From Candidatus Multivorans sp. (lineage in GTDB: Bacteria; Acidobacteriota; Thermoanaerobaculia; Multivoradales; Multivoraceae), in the NCBI GenBank assembly GCA_965247095.1, contig OZ251997.1, positions 3,776,001 to 3,840,000 on the forward strand: a DNA stretch of 64,000 bases. The letters are read 5' to 3'. The notes under the pieces are model-generated. The model was given only the letters and a program-made list of their open reading frames with translations, ran no database searches and had not been told where the DNA came from. Below are positions 19,023 to 27,689 of the stretch, in pieces. The position numbers were made by a program, and so were the translations under genes. The number at the start of each line of letters is the position of its first letter. Within the stretch, counting starts at the first letter, position 1.

Positions 19023-19881
19023 GCAGTCGAAGTCTCCGGTCACAGCCCGTCACGCTTCGACCGTCCTGTTGCTGCGGGACAGCGAACGCGGCGTCGAAGT
19101 GTTCATGGAGCGCCGGCATATCAAGTCGGACTTCGTCGGCGGCGCCTATGTCTTTCCGGGCGGCCGGGTCGACCCCGAGGACCGGGTCGACGAGGCGCTT
19201 TGCCACGGCCTCACCGATCGCGAGGCCAGCGCCCGGCTGTCGCTGGAGGAGGGCGGGTTGACCTTCTACGTCGCCGCGATCCGTGAATGCTTCGAGGAGG
19301 CCGGCGTGTTGCTGGCCTACGATCGGGACGGACAGTTGCTCGACTTCTCGGGCCGGTCGGTTGAGGAGCACTACGAGGCCCTGCGTGGCGAGCTGAACGC
19401 CGGCAAGCTCTCCCTGCTCGATATCGCTGCCCAGGAGGGGCTGACCCTGGCCACCGATCGCATCAGCTACTGGGCGCACTGGATCACTCCGGAGGGGCAG
19501 CCCAGGCGCTACGACACCCGCTTCTTCGTCACCAGGGCGCCGCGGAATCAGACCGCCGGCCACGACGACCACGAGCTGACGAGTTCGGCCTGGGTCACCG
19601 CCCGGGAGGCGCTTGAGCACGGGCGGCGCGGAGAGTGGATGATCATCTTCCCCACCATCCGCAACCTGATGAAGCTGGCCCGGTTCGACACCGCGGACGC
19701 GGCGATCGCGGCCGTCGATGCACAGACAGAATTCCCCATCATTCAGCCCCGCGTCCTGCTGGGCAGAACGCCGGACGAGCCGCCGCGCGCGGTGATTCCG
19801 GGTGAGGAGGGCTACGAGGAGGCCGCGCCCAGTCCCTCCGTGGCCAATGCCCGCGACTGGAAGCGGGCCTTCAGCGTTTGA
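19015..19881 (+). CDS. NUDIX hydrolase (NUDT19-like)
   Basis: YVFPGGRVD...AAIRECFEEAG; WITP...RRYDTRFF. Confidence 0.88.
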   Translation: MSEQSKSPVTARHASTVLLLRDSERGVEVFMERRHIKSDFVGGAYVFPGGRVDPEDRVDEALCHGLTDREASARLSLEEGGLTFYVAAIRECFEEAGVLLAYDRDGQLLDFSGRSVEEHYEALRGELNAGKLSLLDIAAQEGLTLATDRISYWAHWITPEGQPRRYDTRFFVTRAPRNQTAGHDDHELTSSAWVTAREALEHGRRGEWMIIFPTIRNLMKLARFDTADAAIAAVDAQTEFPIIQPRVLLGRTPDEPPRAVIPGEEGYEEAAPSPSVANARDWKRAFSV

Positions 19882-20759
19882 GCAGCAGACGCCGGATGGA
19901 CGGTCTTGTGAAGGGCAGGCCGGTGCGGCTGTCGGGCCGCGTGCTGCGGGTGACCCAGGACAACCCGGGCATGTTCACGGGGCCGGGCACGAACACCTAC
20001 GTCATCGGCGCGGAGAGCGGACCCGTGTTCGTCCTCGACCCGGGCGAGGAGGACGACCGGCACTTCGACGCGGTAGCCGCGGCAGTTGGCGGACGGCAGG
20101 TCGAGGCGGTCCTGATCAGTCACATGCACCGCGACCACTGGCCCCTGGCGCCCCGCGTCGCCAATCACTACGGCGCGGCGATCCTCACCTTCAGCGAGCA
20201 GCCGCCGTTCGGCGCCGCAGTCCGCCTCGAGGACAGCAAGCGCCTGTCCGCCGCCGGCACGACACTGGTGGCCCTCCACACCCCCGGCCACGCCAGCGAC
20301 CACCTCTGCTTCCTGCTCGAAGAGGAGCGGGCCGTGTTCACCGCCGACCTGGTCATGGGCTGGTCGACCTCGATCATCGCGCCGCCCGACGGCAACCTGA
20401 ACCAGTACATGGCCTCATTGGAACGCCTCATCGAACTCGACCGCACCACCGGCATCGACGTCCTCCACCCCGGCCACGGCGAATCGATCGAACCGCCGCT
20501 CGACCGGATCGAGGAGATCCGCCGCCACCGCCAGCAGCGCACCGATCAGGCCCTCCAAGCAATCGCCGCCGGCGTCGCCACCATCCCGGAGATGGTCGAA
20601 CGCATCTACGTCGACGTCGACCGCAAACTCCACGGTGCGGCCGCCTTCTCGCTGCGGGCCCACCTGGAGGCCCTGGTAGAGGAGGGCAAAGTGGCGGAAA
20701 CCGAGCCTGGACGGTACGAGGCGGCTCCCACCCGCGAAGACGGGGAGACACGAACCTGA
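19878..20759 (+). CDS. MBL-fold metallo-hydrolase (LACTB2-like)
   Basis: NPGMFTGPGTNTY, HMHRDH, HTPGHASDH, PGHG. Confidence 0.9.
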   Translation: MSSRRRMDGLVKGRPVRLSGRVLRVTQDNPGMFTGPGTNTYVIGAESGPVFVLDPGEEDDRHFDAVAAAVGGRQVEAVLISHMHRDHWPLAPRVANHYGAAILTFSEQPPFGAAVRLEDSKRLSAAGTTLVALHTPGHASDHLCFLLEEERAVFTADLVMGWSTSIIAPPDGNLNQYMASLERLIELDRTTGIDVLHPGHGESIEPPLDRIEEIRRHRQQRTDQALQAIAAGVATIPEMVERIYVDVDRKLHGAAAFSLRAHLEALVEEGKVAETEPGRYEAAPTREDGETRT

Positions 20760-20790
20760 CTCGGGGACGCCACAGCAACACTGTGACACG

Positions 20791-21265
20791 CGACAGGGCA
20801 CCGAGGGGAAGATCCGCACCGGCTTGCTCCAGGCCGACCTCGTTGAGGCGGTCGTCGGCATGGCGCCCAATCTGTTTCATGGAACCCAATTGGCAGCCAG
20901 CATTTTGGTCCTTCGCCGCCGTAAGCCTCCGCGGCGCAGGCACAAGGTCCTTGTCATCGACGCGTCGAGCCTGTTCCGAAAGGGCAGAGCCCAGAACTTC
21001 CTGGAGCCGGCTCACGGCGAGCTGATCGTCAAGTGGTACCGGGCCTTCGAGGACGTCGAGGACCGCGCCAGAGTCGTCTCGCTCGACGAGATCAAGGAGG
21101 AGGACTGGACGCTCAACATCTCGCGGTATGTGCTGCCACCCCTTGGGGGAGAAGGTCCCGCCCCTTCCCGAAGCGGCGAACTCGTTCAAGGCGGCGCTTG
21201 CGGAGGTGCGCGCGGCTGAGGACGGTCTGCGCGCCGTGCTGGAGGATGAGGGTTGGCTCAAGTGA
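20791..21265 (+). pseudogene. hsdM: 3' fragment of type I R-M methyltransferase (first HsdM)
   Basis: EGKIR...DLVEAVVGMAPNLFHGT...WTLNISRYV; no N-terminal half; frameshift in G run near 21145 (other frame continues ...PPLPEAA...EGWLK*). Confidence 0.8.
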
Positions 21266-22589
21266 ACCCGCAACTATCCCAACAGGAGCTTGAGGCGCAC
21301 CTTTGGGGGGCCGCCACGCTTCTGCGCGGGCTGATCGACGCGAGCGACTATAAGCAGTACATCTTCCCCCTCCTCTTCTTCAAGCGGCTCAGCGACATCT
21401 GGGACCAGGAGTACGGCCAGGCGTACGACGAGTCAGGCGACGAGAGCTACGCCGTCGCGATGGCGAACGATCGCTTCCGTGTGCCCGCCGGCGTCCGTTG
21501 GGACGATGTCCGTGATGCGCCGAGTGATGTCGGCCGGGCCCTGCTCCGCGCGTTCCGAAAGATCGAGCGGGCCAACGCCGAGCGGCTGCGCGGTGTCTTC
21601 GGCAACGCTCCATGGACCGACAAGGCACGGATGCCGGACGGCACCTTGAAGAACCTCGTCGAGCACTTTTCGCGCCACGAGCTGAACCTCGCCAGCGTAC
21701 CCGAGGACGAACTGGGCGACGCCTACGAGTACCTCATCAAGCAGTTCGCGGACGACAGCGGCCACACGGCCCAGGAGTTCTACACCAACCGCACTCTCGT
21801 CCATCTCATGGCGAAGATGCTGCAGCCGAAAGTTGGTGAGTCCATCTACGACCCGACGTGTGGCACCGGCGGCATGCCCATCTCGGTCTCGCCGACGTGC
21901 AGCGGCGGGGCGCCGACACGCGCACGCTCAAGCTCTACGGCCAAGAGCTCATCGCGACGACCGCCGCGATCGCGCGCATGAACCTTGTGCTGCACGGCGT
22001 AGCGGACTTCCGCATTGCAGGCGGTAAAACGTTGGCGGCGCCCGCCTTCGTCGAGAACGACAACCTCCGGCGGTTCGATGTCGTCCTCGCGAATCCCCCG
22101 TACTCGATCAAGAGTTGGAACCGGACCGCTTGGCAGCACGACCCTTGGGGCCGCAACTTCCTTGGTACGCCGCCCCAGGGGCGGGCGGACTACGCCTTCC
22201 TTCAGCACATCCTGCACAGCCTGGATCGCCGGACCGGACGCTGCGCGATCCTGTTTCCCCATGGTGTGTTGTTCCGAAACGAGGAAGCGGCGATGCGCCG
22301 CGCCCTCGTGGAGTCCGACCTAGTCGAGTGTGTGCTTGGCCTGGGGCCTGGGCTGTTCTACAACTCGCCGATGGAGGCATGCGTGCTCGTCTGCCGAAGC
22401 CGTAAGCCCGAATCGCGCCGTGGGCGAATCCTCTTCATCGACGCGGTGGCCGAGATCGCCCGCGAGCGCGCTCAGAGCTTTCTCAAGTCCGAGCACCAGC
22501 GGCGCATTCTGCGGGCCTATCGGGCGTTCGATGACACACCAGGTTTCGCAGCGGTGGCTGCGGTCGCGTTCGGCGATGTGGTGCGGTGA
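21262..22589 (+). pseudogene. hsdM: Type I R-M methyltransferase (second HsdM), frameshifted and C-terminally truncated
   Basis: LEAHLWGAATLLRG, YDPTCGTGGM, frameshift near 21886, then LYGQE, ANPPYS, PHGVLFR. Confidence 0.85.
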
Positions 22590-22986
22590 CACACTCGTCG
22601 TTCGCGGCAATGGCAACCGGTATATCACCGGCAAGGCCGGTATGGCGGACCAGGACTACGACGACATGTTCTGCCCGGACAAGTTGATTCGGTTGCGATT
22701 CGATACGAGGAAGATCTTGTCCGAGTTCGCGCTGTCGCAGTGGAACCTGCCATCCGTCCACCTGAGGCTTGTGTCTCGCGCTAAGGGGTCCAACGGGAAC
22801 TGGATGGTCAACGGCCAGGACATCCGGGCTCATCGTTTGGCGCTTCCGCTGCTGCCGGAGCAGCGGGTGATCGGTGACATGGCCGCGTATTGGCAGCGCG
22901 CGGTGAGCAGGGTGCGCGCCAGACTGGCGGCAACCCAGCGGCTGAAGGCGGCTGCTCTCGACGAGGCGCTACGCCCGCCTGGATGA
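22560..22986 (+). pseudogene. hsdS: Type I R-M specificity subunit remnant
   Basis: VAFGDVVR N-terminal-like stub, stop, then partial TRD and LALPLLPEQRVI conserved-region helix; far shorter than a full HsdS. Confidence 0.65.
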
Positions 22987-23046
22987 GAAGGAAGACCGCT
23001 GCCGCCGTGTTAGGCTCGCGCAGTTCAGGGGAGGCGGAAGGCGGCG

Positions 23047-23316
23047 ATGGACTCACCAACGACGAAAGCGGACGACAGGGAACAGCTCCTTCGGTTGGCG
23101 CAACGGGTGCCGGACGAGGAGATTCCGGCGGCGGTGCGTTACCTGGAGTACCTGAGTGACCGAGCGGACCCCTACCTCCGGTTCCTGCTGAGCGTGCCCG
23201 AAGTGGACCATGAGCTGAGCGAGGAGTGCGAGCGCGGCCTGGAGGAGGCTTGGGACGACATTCGGGCCGGTCGAGTGCATAGCTCCGAGGAAGTCAGGAG
23301 GGAGCTGGGTCTCTGA
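23047..23316 (+). CDS. Putative type II antitoxin
   Basis: 89-aa acidic protein ending EEAWDDIRAGRVHSSEEVRRELGL; coupled to downstream RelE-like gene. Confidence 0.78.
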   Translation: MDSPTTKADDREQLLRLAQRVPDEEIPAAVRYLEYLSDRADPYLRFLLSVPEVDHELSEECERGLEEAWDDIRAGRVHSSEEVRRELGL

Positions 23317-23579
23317 GCGGCCGGAGCGTCGCGTACACCACGCGAGCGGTCCGTGACCTGAGGCGGCTTGACCCGGCAGCGCGACGTCGGGTAGTGGAGG
23401 GAATCGACCGGCACGCGCTTACCGGCAGGGGCGACATCAAGCGGCTCAAGGGGCCGCGTCGTGGTGACTGGCGGCTCCGCGTCGGGGATTGGCGCGTCCT
23501 GTTCTCCTACGATTCCCGGGAGAAAGCAATCATGATCACGCGCGTCGAGCACCGAAGCGGTGTGTATCGGCGCGGGTGA
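23313..23579 (+). CDS. RelE/ParE family toxin
   Basis: VAYTTRAVRDLRRLD...GDIKRLKG...WRLRVGDWRVLF...VEHRSGVYR; probable CTG start overlapping antitoxin TGA, with AGGAGGGAG upstream. Confidence 0.85.
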   Translation: MSGRSVAYTTRAVRDLRRLDPAARRRVVEGIDRHALTGRGDIKRLKGPRRGDWRLRVGDWRVLFSYDSREKAIMITRVEHRSGVYRRG

Positions 23580-23628
23580 GGGCGTCGCGAACGCGTTACC
23601 TTGCTGTCGGATGTCGGGGGCAATCTGA

Positions 23629-23864
23629 GTGAAGTTCAACGAGGCGAACACGGTCGAGGCCGGGATCCGTGACCTGCTGTGTGGCGGAGTCACGGGCCAC
23701 ACGGCGGTGGGCCCTGGCCTTGCCCGTCGTGGAGGCAAGGTCACGAGGAGTTCGCCGCCTGGCTCGGCGGTGAGCGTTCCATGCCCTTCGGCCAGGATGG
23801 TGAGCACGTCACGGTGAGGCTGATTGACTTCGAGGACATCGAGAAGAACCAGTACGTCGTGACT
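23629..23864 (+). pseudogene. hsdR: Type I R-M restriction subunit N-terminal fragments
   Basis: KFNEANTVE... in one frame, then EEFAAWL.GERSMPFG.DGEHVTVRLIDFED in another; remainder absent. Confidence 0.65.
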
Positions 23865-23886
23865 CACGGCTCTCCGCCGCCGCGCG

Positions 23887-25908
23887 TCAGCGGCGCCAGG
23901 GGGCGCGGATCTTGCGGCCTTCGCGGTAGGCGGCGAGCCGCTCGTGAGCTTCTTCGAGGGCCTCGGGGGGGCCGGTTCGTTCCAGGTTCTCGATCAGTCG
24001 TTCCTGCCAGACCGTGGCCTCTTCGAAGTTGCCGGTTTCAGCGTAGGCCATGGCGAGGACGGCGCCGTGGGCCGGTGTCTGGGCACGCTGGAACAACTGC
24101 TGCGCGAGATTCAGGGCCCTTTCACCGTCTCGCACCTCGTCGTCCTCAGAAGCGGCGAGGACCTGGACCAGGAGCACGGCGAAGTAGCCGCTGCCGCCCT
24201 GGTCGGGAAGCTCGAGGGTCTGCTCGAGCATGAGCCGCACCTGCGCGTCTTCGCCTGCGAGCAGCAGAGCCGTGACCTCCGCCGCCCGGGCCTGGCTGTC
24301 GGTGGGGTCGAGTTCCAGGGCGCGGCGCGAAGCCAGGGCGGCTTCCTTGAAACGGCCGAGACGACCGAGGGCGGTGCTCAGGTTGACGTAGGCCGCCTTG
24401 AGCGTCGGGTTGGAGACGATCGCCCGTTGATAGTGGGGGATCGCTTCCTCGTAGCGCTCCTGCTCGGTGCGGATGTTGCCGAGTTCGAAGTGGGCCGCGC
24501 TCAGCAGGGCCGGGTCGGCGTCCGCGCTGATCAGTTGCTCGAAGCGTCGAGCCGCCGAAGCCGGTCGGCCGAGTTCCCGCTCTATCCGCCCGAGTAGCAT
24601 CACGATCTCGCGATTGAGCCCGAAGTCGGCCAGCAACGACTCGAATTCACGAAGTGCGAGTTCGCTGCGGCCGCCGCGCCGGTAGCTGCTTGCCCGGTGG
24701 AAACGGAGGTTGCGGTCACCCGGAGCCAGTTCGAGAGCCTGGGTCAAGGCCTCGGCAGCTTCAAGGTGGTCGCCGGTTTCACCCCGGCTCCTTGCCAATT
24801 CGACCCAGGCCGGCCCGAAGGACGGTTCGAGTTCGACCGCCCGGCTGAGTCGCTCATCTGCTGCCTGGAACCTGCCTTCCTCGCTGTAGAGGCGCCCCGT
24901 GTGGAACAGCAGCGCGGCGTCGTCGGGGCTCAGGTCCAGCGCCTCCTGGAACCACATGGCGGCCTCGGCGCGCCGGCCCATCTGCTCCAGGGCCGCTGCG
25001 AGGGACCGTTTGGCAGCGACACTCTGCGGATAGTTCTGGGCTGCCTCGCGGAACCGTTGCTCGGCCAGTTCGAATGCGTTCGCGGCCAGGGCAACACGGC
25101 CCAGCAGCAGTTGAGCACCGATTCCGGTGGCTGACTCCTTGATCTCTGCCGCGATTGGATCGGCGAAGGCGACCGGCGCCTCGCCGCGGAGTTCCATCGC
25201 CGCTCTCGACGCTCCGTCGTCACCGAGGGCGCGATGGGCGAGGGCGATGTGGTAGTGAAGCGAGTCGGCTCGAGGCTGGTCCCGCAGCGCCGCCTGGAAG
25301 TGCTCAAGCGCCGCCGTCGGGTCGTCGGTCTCGGAGGCGAGACGGCCGAGGCCGAAGTGTGCCGCCGCCCTGGCGCCGGGCAGTTCCAGGGTGCGTTCAT
25401 ACTGGGTGCGTGCTTCCTCACCCTGCCCCAACTCGAGGTAGACCCGACCGAGGCGGATGGCCGTCGCCGGATCGTCCGGTTGCAGCGAGCGGGCCTGCTC
25501 GTAGGCAGCAACCGCGTCCTCGAGTTCTCCCAGGTGCTCCGCGGCGCTGCCGAGGAGGTAGCGCCAACGGAAGTTCCGCGGTTGCAGCTCCGCGGCGTTG
25601 GCGAGACAGGCTCTCGCCGGTGGCAGGAGGTCGTACACGAGGTAGAGCTGGCCGGCCTCGCCGAACAGCAGTCCCAACTGATCGGCGTTTTCCGAAGTGA
25701 GCGCACCCGCCGCGAGGGCGTCGTCAAGAAGCTTGCGTTGCTCGGCGATCTGATCGCGCACCGCTTCGTCGACGCCGCGAAGATCGACTTCGGGCACCGG
25801 CACGAGGCGGTCGGTGATCTCGGTCTGCGCCCGGAGACCCACGGCGGCCAGCGACAGCACGAGGGCGAGGGCGGCGGTCACGCGTTGCGGATCGAGAGGC
25901 CTGATCAT
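23887..25908 (-). CDS. Secreted multi-TPR protein
   Basis: Signal peptide followed by many TPRs (AHFELGNIRTEQERYEEAIPHYQRAI); coupled to upstream CRTAC1-like genes. Confidence 0.88.
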   Translation of the reverse strand: MIRPLDPQRVTAALALVLSLAAVGLRAQTEITDRLVPVPEVDLRGVDEAVRDQIAEQRKLLDDALAAGALTSENADQLGLLFGEAGQLYLVYDLLPPARACLANAAELQPRNFRWRYLLGSAAEHLGELEDAVAAYEQARSLQPDDPATAIRLGRVYLELGQGEEARTQYERTLELPGARAAAHFGLGRLASETDDPTAALEHFQAALRDQPRADSLHYHIALAHRALGDDGASRAAMELRGEAPVAFADPIAAEIKESATGIGAQLLLGRVALAANAFELAEQRFREAAQNYPQSVAAKRSLAAALEQMGRRAEAAMWFQEALDLSPDDAALLFHTGRLYSEEGRFQAADERLSRAVELEPSFGPAWVELARSRGETGDHLEAAEALTQALELAPGDRNLRFHRASSYRRGGRSELALREFESLLADFGLNREIVMLLGRIERELGRPASAARRFEQLISADADPALLSAAHFELGNIRTEQERYEEAIPHYQRAIVSNPTLKAAYVNLSTALGRLGRFKEAALASRRALELDPTDSQARAAEVTALLLAGEDAQVRLMLEQTLELPDQGGSGYFAVLLVQVLAASEDDEVRDGERALNLAQQLFQRAQTPAHGAVLAMAYAETGNFEEATVWQERLIENLERTGPPEALEEAHERLAAYREGRKIRAPWRR

Positions 25909-27689
25909 CGGTTGTCGTCTTTCTGCTGTCCCGGCCCGCGGCCGGTGCCGCGGACGAGCTCAGTGTAGGTCGCCGAAGGCGGCGCCGGCCACTCCTCGAC
26001 CATTCCGTCCGGCCACTGGACCTCGATGCGCGTCACGGTAGCGCCAGCCAGGCTGACCGCGATCCGAGGATCTCCCGACGAGGCGTAGCTGCCGCTGCTG
26101 CCTGCCAATCGTACGAGAGGCGACGCTCCGGCCCGGTGGACCCGCACTGTGACGCCGGATGCCGGGCGATTGCCGTGGGCGGCGTCCAGGCGCGGCGCCA
26201 GACCGATCCAGTCGTCGCCCGCCGCTGCCTGGTTCAGCAGCAGGCGTGCCGGTCCGTTGTTGTTCGTGATCACCAGGTCCGTATCGCCATCGTTGTCGAT
26301 GTCGCCGGTCGCAAGGCCGCGGCTTACCAGGGTGGAGGAACCGTCCAGGATGCCGGCCGGCCCCGGGGCGAAACGGCGGCCGCCGCTACCGCCGGGCACG
26401 TTGAGGAACACCTGGTTCGGTTGATCGAGGGGGAACGGATCGTCTTCGGTGCGCGGTCTACCGGCGGCGAAGGTGACGGCGCCGTTCACTACCGCCAGGT
26501 CGATCCAGCCGTCGGCGTCGAGATCGACGAAGGCGGCGCCGAAGGATGTCGCGTCCCAGCTCGGCCGTGCCAGGGCGGCGGCGTTCGTCCGATCGCGAAA
26601 GGAGGGTGCGCCGGCTTCCGAGTCGTTCCGGTAGAGGGTGTTCGTTTCCCGGTTGAAGTGGGTCAGGAAGAGATCGAGGTCACCGTCGCCGTCGTAGTCG
26701 CCGCCGGTGACACCCATGCTGGCCTCGGCCTCGCCGTCGGCGTTGAGTGCCGCGCCACTGATCAGACCCTCCTCGACCAGCACGCCGTTTCCGCCGTTGA
26801 TCCAGAGATGGTTGGGCATGAGATCGTTGGCGACGTAGAAGTCGAGCCGGCGGTCGCCGTCGAGGTCGGCGGCAAGGACACCGAGGCCGTTGCCGGGGCG
26901 GGTCGAGGTGAGGCCCGCCTTGGCGGTCGCGTCCTCGAATCGACCGGCGCCGTCATTGCGCAGCAGACGGTCGGGGACAGGCTGGTAGGCGCTGGGAAGG
27001 CAGTAGTCGATCTCGCCCCGTTCGGTCAGACAGGTCTTGTGCGTCATCAGGGAAAAGTTCAGGTAGTTGACAACGAACAGGTCGAGGTCCAGGTCGCCGT
27101 CGTAGTCGGCTGCTGCCGCGGCGATGCTCCATCGCGGGTCTCCCGTGCCGCTGGCTTCGGTGCGGTCGGTGAACGTCCCGTCGCCCTCGTTGCGCCAGAG
27201 TTGGTTGTCGCCGAGGTTCAGCACGTAGAGATCGGTCCAGCCGTCGTTGTCCAGGTCGCCGGCTGTGACTCCCATGCCGTAGCCGAATGCCGAAATGCCG
27301 CTCTCCTCGGTGACGTCGACGAAGTGGACCGTGGTGCGGCCGTTGCTGTGCTCGAGGTCGTTGCGGAGCAGTCGGTCCCGCGGCGGCCACTCGCCGGTCC
27401 ACGGCACGGTCGCCCTTGCGCGGTCCTCGTCGTCCCCGAGGATGTTTCCCTGGACCAGGTAGAGGTCGAGGTCGCCGTCGTTGTCGTAGTCGAAGAGGGC
27501 CGCGCCGGCGCCGACCACCTCGGGGTAGTAGAGGTGACCGCTCATGCCGTTCCAGTGACGGAAGTCGAGGCCGGCGGTCTCTGTCGCGTCGACGAAGCGG
27601 ACCTCCCGGTCTCCTGCCGTGGCGAGGGCGGGGGGAAGCGCCGCGATCACGGAGACGGCAACGGCGCCAGCGCCGAGGGTACGTCTCAT
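25905..27689 (-). CDS. CRTAC1-family protein (FG-GAP repeats plus ASPIC/UnbV)
   Basis: Repeated DYDNDGDLDLY motifs; SRGLATGDIDNDGD; C-terminal GSYASS...VQWPDG; ATG at 27689 overlaps upstream stop. Confidence 0.9.
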   Translation of the reverse strand: MRRTLGAGAVAVSVIAALPPALATAGDREVRFVDATETAGLDFRHWNGMSGHLYYPEVVGAGAALFDYDNDGDLDLYLVQGNILGDDEDRARATVPWTGEWPPRDRLLRNDLEHSNGRTTVHFVDVTEESGISAFGYGMGVTAGDLDNDGWTDLYVLNLGDNQLWRNEGDGTFTDRTEASGTGDPRWSIAAAAADYDGDLDLDLFVVNYLNFSLMTHKTCLTERGEIDYCLPSAYQPVPDRLLRNDGAGRFEDATAKAGLTSTRPGNGLGVLAADLDGDRRLDFYVANDLMPNHLWINGGNGVLVEEGLISGAALNADGEAEASMGVTGGDYDGDGDLDLFLTHFNRETNTLYRNDSEAGAPSFRDRTNAAALARPSWDATSFGAAFVDLDADGWIDLAVVNGAVTFAAGRPRTEDDPFPLDQPNQVFLNVPGGSGGRRFAPGPAGILDGSSTLVSRGLATGDIDNDGDTDLVITNNNGPARLLLNQAAAGDDWIGLAPRLDAAHGNRPASGVTVRVHRAGASPLVRLAGSSGSYASSGDPRIAVSLAGATVTRIEVQWPDGMVEEWPAPPSATYTELVRGTGRGPGQQKDDNR

